A stretch of DNA of 64,000 nt from an uncultured virus (IMG/VR IMGVR_UViG_2938983465_000007) (lineage: Duplodnaviria; Heunggongvirae; Uroviricota; Caudoviricetes), in the IMG/VR virus record IMGVR_UViG_2938983465_000007; one strand, given 5' to 3'. Positions 8,742 through 17,459 of this stretch are shown here, one piece after another (positions within the stretch are counted from its first letter, which is position 1; each line of letters begins with the position of its first letter). A model generated the notes under the pieces. It saw only the letters and a list, made by a program, of their open reading frames with translations, had not been told where the DNA came from and searched no databases. Position numbers and translations under genes: made by a program.

Positions 8742-9476
8742 ATGCCTATCACCTATCAGTTCATTATCGGCGGACTGGCTCTCGCCTGCGCCGCGGTTCT
8801 GTTCTTCGCACTCCGGGCCTCTCGCGCCGCCTATGCCAACGGCTACAACTCCGGCCACGACGATGCATCCAGAGCCTGTGAACTCCGCATCGAAGACCAG
8901 CAGGTCCACATTCGAGCGCTCCAGGCCGACCTGGGCGCGATGCAAGCGAAACACATCAACGATCGTGCCGCACTGCTTCTGCAGGCCGACCAGGTACTGG
9001 ACAGGAACAACGCCCGCAACCAGTACGCTCAGTTTCAGCCAGACGACGTAGACACCCTCACCACCTCCGCGAAGCTCCTTCGATTGGCCGGAGACGTGTT
9101 CGCGCGCCTGCACGCTAACGACAAGGCTGAAGCGGCCCACGCCGCGCAGGAAGCAATACGTGCGCTGCTCCGGCGCATCCCGGCCGCACTCGCCGCTGAA
9201 GTGCCCCCGCCTCTTGATACGAAGCTGTTTGACTTCCTCGAGCAGCATGCAACCGGCTCCGCGGACTTCGGCACCTTCACCTTGAGCTTCGAGGTCGGCG
9301 ACACCTTCCGGGGCACCAGGACGATCCGCGAGGCCGTCACCTACGCCTTGGTCAAGGCCGAGGAGTCCGAAATACCTGCGGCCAACCTGCTGCCCGCCAA
9401 GTCGACAGATGGACTCTCCGCCTGGGAGGCGGTTGACCTCGACTACACCGGCGACACCGCGCCGATGTGCATGTGA
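8742..9476 (+). CDS. Hypothetical phage protein, N-terminal membrane anchor plus coiled coil
   Basis: 244 aa; AGGA RBS; hydrophobic N-terminus. Confidence 0.75.
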   Translation: MPITYQFIIGGLALACAAVLFFALRASRAAYANGYNSGHDDASRACELRIEDQQVHIRALQADLGAMQAKHINDRAALLLQADQVLDRNNARNQYAQFQPDDVDTLTTSAKLLRLAGDVFARLHANDKAEAAHAAQEAIRALLRRIPAALAAEVPPPLDTKLFDFLEQHATGSADFGTFTLSFEVGDTFRGTRTIREAVTYALVKAEESEIPAANLLPAKSTDGLSAWEAVDLDYTGDTAPMCM

Positions 9477-9484
9477 GGTGACCC

Positions 9485-10030
9485 ATGACATGGATAATCA
9501 CCTACACCGGCAGCCGCTTCGACCTAATCCAGCCTGACCCGGCAAGCATTCACCCGACCGACATTGCCCACGCTCTCGCCCAGCAATGCCGCTTCAACGG
9601 GCACTGCGTGTCGCACTACAGCGTGGCACAACACAGCTACTTCGTTGCCGACTTGGTTCCGGAAGAACACCAGTTGGCTGCGCTTCTACACGACGCCACG
9701 GAGGCCTACATCGGCGACATGGTTCGACCGCTCAAGGAACTGCTACCCGAGTTCCGGCAGATCGAGGCCGTCATCTGGTCAGCCATCTGTGAGCGCTTCG
9801 ACCTCGACGAGCAACTGCCAGCAGAGGTGAAGCGCGCGGACCTGATTGCGCTCGCCACTGAACGGCGCGATCTGATGCACTTCCATCAGGTTGAATGGGG
9901 TTGCCTCGAAGGCATTGCGCCCCATCGAGCACGCATCAGTCCCTGGTCGGCAGCTGACGCCCGATACCACTTCCACCGGCGCCTGCTTGAACTTCTCGCG
10001 GTTACCCATCGCAAGGGGGTGACGGCATGA
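9485..10030 (+). CDS. HD-domain phosphohydrolase (YfbR/5'-deoxynucleotidase-like)
   Basis: DIAHAL...RFNGH...YSVAQHS...LLHDATEAYIGD motifs. Confidence 0.88.
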   Translation: MTWIITYTGSRFDLIQPDPASIHPTDIAHALAQQCRFNGHCVSHYSVAQHSYFVADLVPEEHQLAALLHDATEAYIGDMVRPLKELLPEFRQIEAVIWSAICERFDLDEQLPAEVKRADLIALATERRDLMHFHQVEWGCLEGIAPHRARISPWSAADARYHFHRRLLELLAVTHRKGVTA

Positions 10031-12180
10031 GCGCAGCTCTGAAAAAGCAAGTTTTTGATTTCAAGACGCAGTACGGCCTGGCCCTGGACGATACCGACGA
10101 CGCGATCATCGTCGACCTGTTCGCCGGCGGCGGCGGTGCCAGCACCGGGCTGGAAATGGGTCTGGGCCGCAAGGTCGACCTGGCAATCAACCACAACCCG
10201 GCCGCAATCAGCATGCACATGGCCAACCATCCCCACGCCGAGCACTACCAGACCGACGTATGGGGCGTGGATCCCCTCGAAAGCACCGGCGGCAAGATCG
10301 TTGCCTGGCTGCACGCTTCGCCTGACTGCCGGCACCACAGCCAAGCAGCCGGTGGCCAGCCGCGCAAAAAGGAGATCCGCGACTTGTCGTGGGTCGTGCC
10401 GAAGTGGGCCGGCAAGCTGCGTCGTCACGGGAAAGGCCCGTGGGTCATCAGCCTCGAGAACGTGAAGCAAATACTCCAGTGGGGGCCGCTGATCGCGAAG
10501 CGCGACAAAGCCACGGGCCGCGTGGTGAAGCTCGACGGCACCGTTGCACAGCCGGGCGAGCGCGTGCCGCGCGACGAGCAATTCCTTGTGCCGGACACCG
10601 GTGCCCTTACCGGAAGCAGCGCCAGGCGCTGGAAACGCCGCTGCAAGTTCGCGCGCCACGGACAACCGAAGGGCCGCAGCTGGGCGCACTTCTGCGAAGT
10701 GCTGCGCGGCCTGGGCTACACCCTGGAATACTGGATCGAGCGCAACTGCGACTATGGCGACCCGACCAGCCGCCAGCGGCTGTACATGGTGGCCGTCGCC
10801 GACGGTTACGAGCCTGCGGCGCCAGTGAAGACGCACGCCGCAACGCCGGCCAAGGGCATGAAACCGTACCGCACGGCCGCCGAGTGCATCGACTGGAGCG
10901 ACCTGGGCCAGTCCATCCGCAACCGGAAGCGCCCGCTGGCCGAGGCGACGATGCGTCGGATCGCAAAGGGCATCGAGAAGGAGGTGCTTCAGCGCGCCCA
11001 ACCTTTCATCGTTCCCATTGCGAACTGGTCGCGCGAAGCGGTCCACCCCGTTGACCAGCCGCTGAACACCGTCACGGCCTGGCCGAAGGGCGGCGCGTTC
11101 TCCGTTGCCACCCCGACGCTGATCCAAGTCGGCTACGGCGAGCGCGACGGACAGGCTCCGCGCGTCCTTGAACTGGATGAACCGCTCGGCACCGTGGTCG
11201 CCGGCGGCGTGAAGCACGCGCTTGCCGCCGCCCACCTGGTGAAATTCCGGTTCGACGCCACCGGTGCTCCGGTCGACGAGCCGATGCCGACGATCACCAG
11301 CGGCGGCGAGTGCAAGCGCCCGGCCGGCGCGGCGCACGCCCTGGGCTTGGCCAGCGCGGTCTTGGTCGGTGTCGGCGGCCGCGCCGGCCAAACCGAGCCG
11401 CGCTCGGTCGCCGAGCCGATGTACACCATCACAGCGAAAGCTGACTGCGGAGTGGCCACCGCGTTCATGGTCCAGGCCAACGGGGGCTACAACACCACCC
11501 ACAGCCGCCCGGCCGACGCCCCGATCAGCACTATCACGAACAAGGGCAGTCAGCAGCAGCTTGCCACGGCACACCTGGTAACGCTGCGGAAAGGATCGCA
11601 TGGCGCCCCGGTGGACGGACCGCTGGGCACGCAAACCGGCACGGACCACCACGGCCTGGTCAGCGCCCTGCTGGTGACGAATACCACCGGCCACAGCAGC
11701 ACGCCGGCGGACCAGCCGACGCCTACCGTGGCAACCGGCGGTCACCACATGCTGGTCACGCCGGAAATGATCGCCGGCAGCCTCACACCCGAGCAATTGG
11801 ACGGCGCGCTGTGGGTGTCGGCGTTCCTTATGCGCTACCACTCGACCGGCGGGCAGTGGGCGAAGCTGGACGATCCGCTGACCACGATCACCACCAAGGA
11901 CCGCTTGGCGCTGGTCACGGTCTGGATCAGCGGTAGCCCCTACGTGATCGTCGACATCCGCCTGCGAATGCTGAAACCGCGTGAGTTGTATCGCGCCCAG
12001 GGCTTCCCCGACAGCTACATCATCGAGCGGGGCCACAACGGGCAGCGGTTCACTCTATCCCAGCAGGTCCACATGTGCGGCAACAGCGTGAGCCCGAACA
12101 CGATGGCCGCATACGCCCGGGCAAACGACCCATGGAAGCGGCGGCTACGGCCGACGCCGCAACAGGCGGTGGCAGCATGA
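10027..12180 (+). CDS. DNA (cytosine-5) methyltransferase
   Basis: Motif I DLFAGGGG, SPDC (motif IV variant), ENV, RQRLY, AQGFP, GNSV. Confidence 0.92.
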   Translation: MSAALKKQVFDFKTQYGLALDDTDDAIIVDLFAGGGGASTGLEMGLGRKVDLAINHNPAAISMHMANHPHAEHYQTDVWGVDPLESTGGKIVAWLHASPDCRHHSQAAGGQPRKKEIRDLSWVVPKWAGKLRRHGKGPWVISLENVKQILQWGPLIAKRDKATGRVVKLDGTVAQPGERVPRDEQFLVPDTGALTGSSARRWKRRCKFARHGQPKGRSWAHFCEVLRGLGYTLEYWIERNCDYGDPTSRQRLYMVAVADGYEPAAPVKTHAATPAKGMKPYRTAAECIDWSDLGQSIRNRKRPLAEATMRRIAKGIEKEVLQRAQPFIVPIANWSREAVHPVDQPLNTVTAWPKGGAFSVATPTLIQVGYGERDGQAPRVLELDEPLGTVVAGGVKHALAAAHLVKFRFDATGAPVDEPMPTITSGGECKRPAGAAHALGLASAVLVGVGGRAGQTEPRSVAEPMYTITAKADCGVATAFMVQANGGYNTTHSRPADAPISTITNKGSQQQLATAHLVTLRKGSHGAPVDGPLGTQTGTDHHGLVSALLVTNTTGHSSTPADQPTPTVATGGHHMLVTPEMIAGSLTPEQLDGALWVSAFLMRYHSTGGQWAKLDDPLTTITTKDRLALVTVWISGSPYVIVDIRLRMLKPRELYRAQGFPDSYIIERGHNGQRFTLSQQVHMCGNSVSPNTMAAYARANDPWKRRLRPTPQQAVAA

Positions 12181-12608
12181 ACACTGAGCAGTTCATCCGG
12201 GAGTCCGCCGCGCGCGGGTTTTCCCGCCGCGCCACCCGGCTAGCCCTGGGCATTGGCCCCTGGGTCTTCCGCGAAATGTTGACCCTGATGCCGGATATCG
12301 AGTGGCCGGCGAAGGGCCAGTCACTGGACCACAAGCGTGCCAACTCGCAGAAACGGGGCCACTGCACGCCGGCACTCGCCCGCGCGCTGGACCAGGCCCG
12401 CCAGGCACGCAAGGACAAACACATCCACACCGTGCGCGACCGGACCGGAACCATAGAGGAACTGGTGGAGACGCTGCCGAGCCCTGTCTCGGCTAGCACC
12501 GTCCGCAGGCGGCTCGCCGGAGGCATGCCGCTCGAGGAAGCCCTCCTTACTCCTGCAATTCCGCCGTTCAGCAACTACAAACGGGAGAATCCCGATGATC
12601 AAGAATGA
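12177..12608 (+). CDS. Hypothetical phage protein, possibly DNA binding
   Basis: MNTEQFIRES start with ATGA overlap; STVRRRL...GMPLEEAL HTH-like end. Confidence 0.65.
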   Translation: MNTEQFIRESAARGFSRRATRLALGIGPWVFREMLTLMPDIEWPAKGQSLDHKRANSQKRGHCTPALARALDQARQARKDKHIHTVRDRTGTIEELVETLPSPVSASTVRRRLAGGMPLEEALLTPAIPPFSNYKRENPDDQE

Positions 12609-13809
12609 TTCACAGGCTCCTTCATGCACTTGCCCGAGTGGCGACGGATCCCTCGTCCATCCGTGCCCGGCACATCCTGCGGTAGAGCAGGCAGGCGGGG
12701 ATGAGCGCGCGGCGTTCGAGGCGTGGGCTACGCATTTACCGATGGATCGGCAGCCGCTACGACCAGACCTCTATATGCCGCAAACTCAATGGGCGTGGGA
12801 AGCGTGGCAGTTCCGCGCCGCCCTGGCGCAACCATCCCCGGCGCCGGAACTGGCCGAGCGCGGTACGCAGCACCGCTTCAGCACCACCGAACAGACCTGT
12901 CGGCATGACTTCGCGGGCGTGTGGTGGAACGACAACGGCGTGACAAAGACCGGCCGGGAGTGCCGGCATTGCGGGTTCTTCGTGGCGGACGCGCCCGAGG
13001 TGCAGGCAGAGGCGGAGCGGCCAGAGCTTTGGGCTGTACATGCCCAAGGGCCGGACGAACTGTACGCAGCATTCACCCGCGAAGACGCGGAGAAACATGC
13101 CGCCGAGCTGAACGCCCTGCCAATGCCTGAAGGGATCGCGGTTGGCGCCGTGGTCGTTCCCTCCCCCTGGCCGGCTGTCCAGCACTGGCAGTATCTGGCC
13201 GAACAGGAGCAAGACCACAAGAACGAGATCACCGGGCGCCTGCGCCAGCTCGAGCGCATCTGCGAAGGGCTGCCGCAAGACGCCATCGATGGCGGCTGGA
13301 CCGTGCAAGGCATTCGCGGCTATGCCAAGCGCTTGGAGGATCAACTGAAGGCCGCCCTGGCCAGGGTCGCGGAGCTGGAGATGCTTCTGCGCAAACTGAG
13401 CACCAACGGCCTGATGCAATTCAGCACCGTAGATGAGGAGATGGCCGTTCAAGCCGCGCTGGGCGGCGCCCCTGTAGCCCAGGCTGGGCAGGTGCCACAG
13501 GCATGGCTCGACGTGCAGGCAGAGCGCCGCCGGCAGGTCGAGGCCGAGGGCTGGACGCCGGAGCACGACGACGGGCACAGTCACGGCCAGATGGCCCGCG
13601 CCGCCGCCTGCTACGCCCTGGCCGGCTCCAGCGCTCCGAATGATGGAACCGCAGCCCTGTTGGTGTCGCTGGCATGGCCCTGGGATGAACAGTGGTGGAA
13701 GCCGAGCACCGCACGACGCGACCTGGTAAAGGCCTGCGCCCTGGCGCTGGCCGAAATCGAACGTCTCGACCGGGCAGCGGCGACTCAGGGAGGGCCGCGC
13801 GATGCGTAG
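12595..13809 (+). CDS. Mosaic hypothetical phage protein (Ead/Ea22-like)
   Basis: 404 aa of short modules (CTCP..HPCPAHP; CRH..CRHC; ERRRQ..EGWTPEHDD domain). Confidence 0.75.
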   Translation: MIKNDSQAPSCTCPSGDGSLVHPCPAHPAVEQAGGDERAAFEAWATHLPMDRQPLRPDLYMPQTQWAWEAWQFRAALAQPSPAPELAERGTQHRFSTTEQTCRHDFAGVWWNDNGVTKTGRECRHCGFFVADAPEVQAEAERPELWAVHAQGPDELYAAFTREDAEKHAAELNALPMPEGIAVGAVVVPSPWPAVQHWQYLAEQEQDHKNEITGRLRQLERICEGLPQDAIDGGWTVQGIRGYAKRLEDQLKAALARVAELEMLLRKLSTNGLMQFSTVDEEMAVQAALGGAPVAQAGQVPQAWLDVQAERRRQVEAEGWTPEHDDGHSHGQMARAAACYALAGSSAPNDGTAALLVSLAWPWDEQWWKPSTARRDLVKACALALAEIERLDRAAATQGGPRDA

Positions 13810-13921
13810 AGCACTGACTGCCCTCGGTATCATCGCCGCCATCGCCTTATTGGTCGTGGTCGCAGGGAAGGCACTCCCTCTGGCAGCCGTTTTACTCTCC
13901 TGGGAAGCGGGGTGCATGTGA
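13802..13921 (+). CDS. Small membrane peptide (39 aa)
   Basis: Hand translation MRRALTALGIIAAIALLVVVAGKALPLAAVLLSWEAGCM*; overlaps both neighbours. Confidence 0.45.
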   Translation: MRRALTALGIIAAIALLVVVAGKALPLAAVLLSWEAGCM

Positions 13922-14127
13922 TGGCTGTCGAGATCGAGCGGTACCTTCGCGAAGCCCAGGTACTGGAGTTCACCACACTTTCGCATGCCACGCTGTGGAG
14001 AGAAGTTAAAGCAGGTCGCTTCCCGAAGCCGGTTCGACTCTCTCCCGGCCGCGTGGGATGGAAGGCATCTGAAATTGCACGCTGGATGAGCGACCCGGAA
14101 GGGTACAAGCAACTTGAGGCGGCTTAG
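13921..14127 (+). CDS. AlpA-family excisionase/regulator
   Basis: RYLREAQV...SHATLWREVKAGRFPKPVRLSPGRVGW; convergent with integrase. Confidence 0.85.
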   Translation: MAVEIERYLREAQVLEFTTLSHATLWREVKAGRFPKPVRLSPGRVGWKASEIARWMSDPEGYKQLEAA

Positions 14128-14132
14128 CCGCC

Positions 14133-15335
14133 TCAAGGCTTTACCTTGGCGACCTTCATCAGCCAGGTCGCCCACACTCTTAACCCCTCACGCTTTTCCT
14201 TGAAGTAGTCATAACGGTCATAGTGCTTAGACGACACATCGTTGAAGGCATGCCCCTGTATACGATCGCGCGTTTCCTTACTGATCCCAGCGACCCCCAT
14301 TAAAGTCTTGCACGTCCTGCGTATATCTCTCAGCGTAAACGGCTCGTCGAACTTATCAGGATGGCGTCGGTAGAGCTTTGTGACTGCCCGAGAGAGTGAT
14401 TGCACGTTGATCGACTCGTTTTCATAACGCCCCATGAACGGATATGCCGCCTCACCACTGATCGGCTCCAGCCGAGCGAGACAGGCTTTGCTCAGTACAT
14501 TGAAAGGCACCAGGTGAATCTGCCGCTCCCCTTCGACTCCTTTCAAGCTCCGGATGGCAAAGTGATCCTTCTGAAACATTCGACGATCCGACCCCAGCAA
14601 CTGCTCAGGTCGCTGCCCTCCGGACGCAATCAGGAACTTGATCAACTCAGCCGTGACTAGGCTGAGCTGCTCCGGAAGCAGGTTCCAGAGTGTCGCAAGT
14701 TCCTTGGCGGAGAGGGCACGCTGCCCTGCGCGCTCCCAGTCCTCCTGCACAGGAATGCTTGCTACAGGGTTGTATTTGAGTCCGAACTTAACCGAGGTGC
14801 TACCGTAGCTGCGCGGATTGAATTCCTGGCCCAGCCCATGCTGATAGGCCGCGTGCAGACTGGAGCGGACCCGGTTGCAGTAGGTCGTCACTCCATCGCC
14901 GATCATCTTGGCCAGGATATCGCGTATGTCCCCTGGCTCTATCTCACTGGCCGCCCGCTTCGCCAGATGCGGCCATGGCCCGGTGACATACTTCTTCATC
15001 GCCCACCGAACATTGCCGGCTGACGCTGCGCCCTCGGCGTCCAGCTTACCCAAGTAGGACTCGATCAGCTCGGCCAACGATCCATCACCCTCAGAACTCG
15101 GGGTCTGCTGCCGGACCTTCTCGCGCGCCTCAGCCAAGCTAAGTGCGGGCCAGGTCCCGAGTTTTCGCTGCCTCTTTTTCCCCTGAACGTGCCACTGGTA
15201 GTAAAACTCCTTCGTGCCGTTCTCCCGCACCTTTAGGAGCAGCACACCTTCTCCGCGAGCACCGCGGCCATCCGACTTGACGTAGTCGCGCCCTGGCTCT
15301 GGCTTGAGCGAGCGGACTTGTTTATCTGTGAGCAT
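14133..15335 (-). CDS. int: Tyrosine integrase (P4-like, with arm-binding domain)
   Basis: MLTDKQVRSLKP start; GQRPEQ, RDIRRT, IQGH, HYDRYDY catalytic motifs; next to att. Confidence 0.93.
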   Translation of the reverse strand: MLTDKQVRSLKPEPGRDYVKSDGRGARGEGVLLLKVRENGTKEFYYQWHVQGKKRQRKLGTWPALSLAEAREKVRQQTPSSEGDGSLAELIESYLGKLDAEGAASAGNVRWAMKKYVTGPWPHLAKRAASEIEPGDIRDILAKMIGDGVTTYCNRVRSSLHAAYQHGLGQEFNPRSYGSTSVKFGLKYNPVASIPVQEDWERAGQRALSAKELATLWNLLPEQLSLVTAELIKFLIASGGQRPEQLLGSDRRMFQKDHFAIRSLKGVEGERQIHLVPFNVLSKACLARLEPISGEAAYPFMGRYENESINVQSLSRAVTKLYRRHPDKFDEPFTLRDIRRTCKTLMGVAGISKETRDRIQGHAFNDVSSKHYDRYDYFKEKREGLRVWATWLMKVAKVKP

Positions 15336-15337
15336 TG

Positions 15338-15358
15338 GTGACAGTATCCAGTGACAGT
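15338..15358. repeat. Direct repeat GTGACAGT x2, likely integrase arm-type sites
   Basis: GTGACAGT at 15338 and 15351 between int start and att core. Confidence 0.5.
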
Positions 15359-15487
15359 TAGCTCGAACTAAGGCGCCCCATATTGATATAAGGCGATACA
15401 CCCGAACGAGCCAAAACCCTTGTACGGCGGGCATTGTAGCCCTATTGGATACCGCCAGGTAAATACTGATATTTCAGCCGATACAGA

Positions 15488-15531
15488 TTCCCAAGCTCAT
15501 GACGAGGGTTCGATTCCCTTCGCCCGCTCCA
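15488..15531 (+). repeat. att site: 3' 44 nt of tRNA-Gly(CCC), not a complete tRNA
   Basis: TTCCCAAGCTCATGACGAGGGTTCGATTCCCTTCGCCCGCTCCA has anticodon loop, T-arm and CCA but no 5' acceptor strand or D-arm upstream. Confidence 0.9.
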
Positions 15532-15543
15532 AATCACCCTGCC

Positions 15544-15584
15544 AAGCCCCTGAAATGCCTAGCGTTTCGGGGGCTTTGCTTTTT
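15544..15584 (+). terminator. Terminator-like hairpin after tRNA fragment
   Basis: AAGCCCCTGAAA...TTTCGGGGGCTT then T-rich tail. Confidence 0.65.
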
Positions 15585-15653
15585 GGGGGAAGGAAAGGTG
15601 TCGAAGAAGTGTCGAGGCGCATTCAGCGCTACATGCTCAGGAGTAGAAAGCCA

Positions 15654-16292
<639 letters not shown>

Positions 16293-16475
16293 TTAAGGTC
16301 TGGAACTCAGGTTCTACGGTGTTCGAACTCCACCACGCTCCATATCCAGGCGACGAGTGGGATTCGCGCGTCGGCAGTCTGTCTACCGTCGGCTCCAACA
16401 TCATAATCCGAATTCAGACCGAATTTGAACCACCTCAAGTCTATTTTTCTTTCCCTCTGTCGACCCCCGCAGCCT

Positions 16476-17459
16476 TCAACCTATGAGCGGGTTGAATCGA
16501 ACAGCCTCAGATAGGTGGTCTTGGGAGAGGTGCGCATATCGCATCGTCATCGACAACGAGGCGTGCCCCAGGATGTGTTGTAGGGTCACGATGTGCCCGC
16601 CGTTCATGATGAAGTGACTGGCGAACGTGTGGCGCAGTACGTGGCTGGCCTGCCCCTTCGGCAGCTTGATCGAGGTCGACAGCAGCACCAGGCGGAACAC
16701 GCCAAGGCAGTTCGTGAACGGCCCGTGGATCTGCCAATGCCGGCGAAGGTCGGCGCCCAATTCTTCCGAGATCGGCACCGAGCGCACACGCTTGGACTTG
16801 GTGTTGGCAAAGATCACCGTATTACCTTTCAGACGTTCCGGCGTCAGCGCCTGAGCCTCACCCCATCGAGCCCCTGTCGCGAGGCAGATACGAGCGACCA
16901 TCTTCGGATGTGGCGACGTGGTGCGCGCATCCAGGGCCGTAAGCAGTTCGGACACCTGATGCTTGGTCAGGTACGACAGCAGTCTTTCCTGAAGCTTGAG
17001 CGGCCGCATGCGCCCTACCGGATTCTCATAGTCAATGACGCCGAGTTGACGCAATTCGTTGTACATGGACTTGAGGTAGCCAAGACGGTTATTCGCGGTC
17101 TTGCCCGACATGCCATTGGCTATCTGCCGGCTACGCAACCGAGCCACTTTCGCGGGCTCCAGGGAGACAGCGACCGGGTCGCCCAGGTCCTTTGCCACCA
17201 ACCGCAGAATCGCCACGCAACGATGCCCGTTGCTCAGGGTCTGGCCGTGCAGTTCATACCAGAGTTCGACCAACTCCGAGAGACGCCGACGGTCCTTCGG
17301 CCTGAGCGTCCAGCAGGGGTTTTCCGCACACTTCTGACGCGCGGTGGCCTCGAATTGCTGCGCCTCCATCTTGGTCTTGAACCGCTTGCGAAAGCGCTTG
17401 CCCTTGATCGGTTCTACATCGACGAACCAACGGCCATCGGGGAGCTTGGTGATCGACAT
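16476..17459 (-). CDS. intF: Pf tyrosine integrase (PA0728-like)
   Basis: TGARWGE, HVLRHTFASH, ILGH, TMRYAH motifs. Confidence 0.93.
   Translation of the reverse strand: MSITKLPDGRWFVDVEPIKGKRFRKRFKTKMEAQQFEATARQKCAENPCWTLRPKDRRRLSELVELWYELHGQTLSNGHRCVAILRLVAKDLGDPVAVSLEPAKVARLRSRQIANGMSGKTANNRLGYLKSMYNELRQLGVIDYENPVGRMRPLKLQERLLSYLTKHQVSELLTALDARTTSPHPKMVARICLATGARWGEAQALTPERLKGNTVIFANTKSKRVRSVPISEELGADLRRHWQIHGPFTNCLGVFRLVLLSTSIKLPKGQASHVLRHTFASHFIMNGGHIVTLQHILGHASLSMTMRYAHLSQDHLSEAVRFNPLIG

Larger units (their letters stand above)
1..15531. mobile_element. Lambdoid-like temperate prophage (right part; continues beyond window start), integrated at tRNA-Gly
   Basis: Holins, primase-helicase, divergent cro/cI, phage accessory genes, AlpA-type xis and tyrosine integrase, ending at a tRNA-Gly 3' fragment. 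Confidence 0.92.

Noticed and set aside
9886..12036. 716-aa minus-strand ORF and similar long antisense ORFs elsewhere
   Set aside because: Shadow frames of GC-rich genes with no recognisable motifs
15460..15531. Complete tRNA-Gly gene
   Set aside because: No 5' acceptor strand or D-arm upstream of the anticodon loop; it is an att duplication
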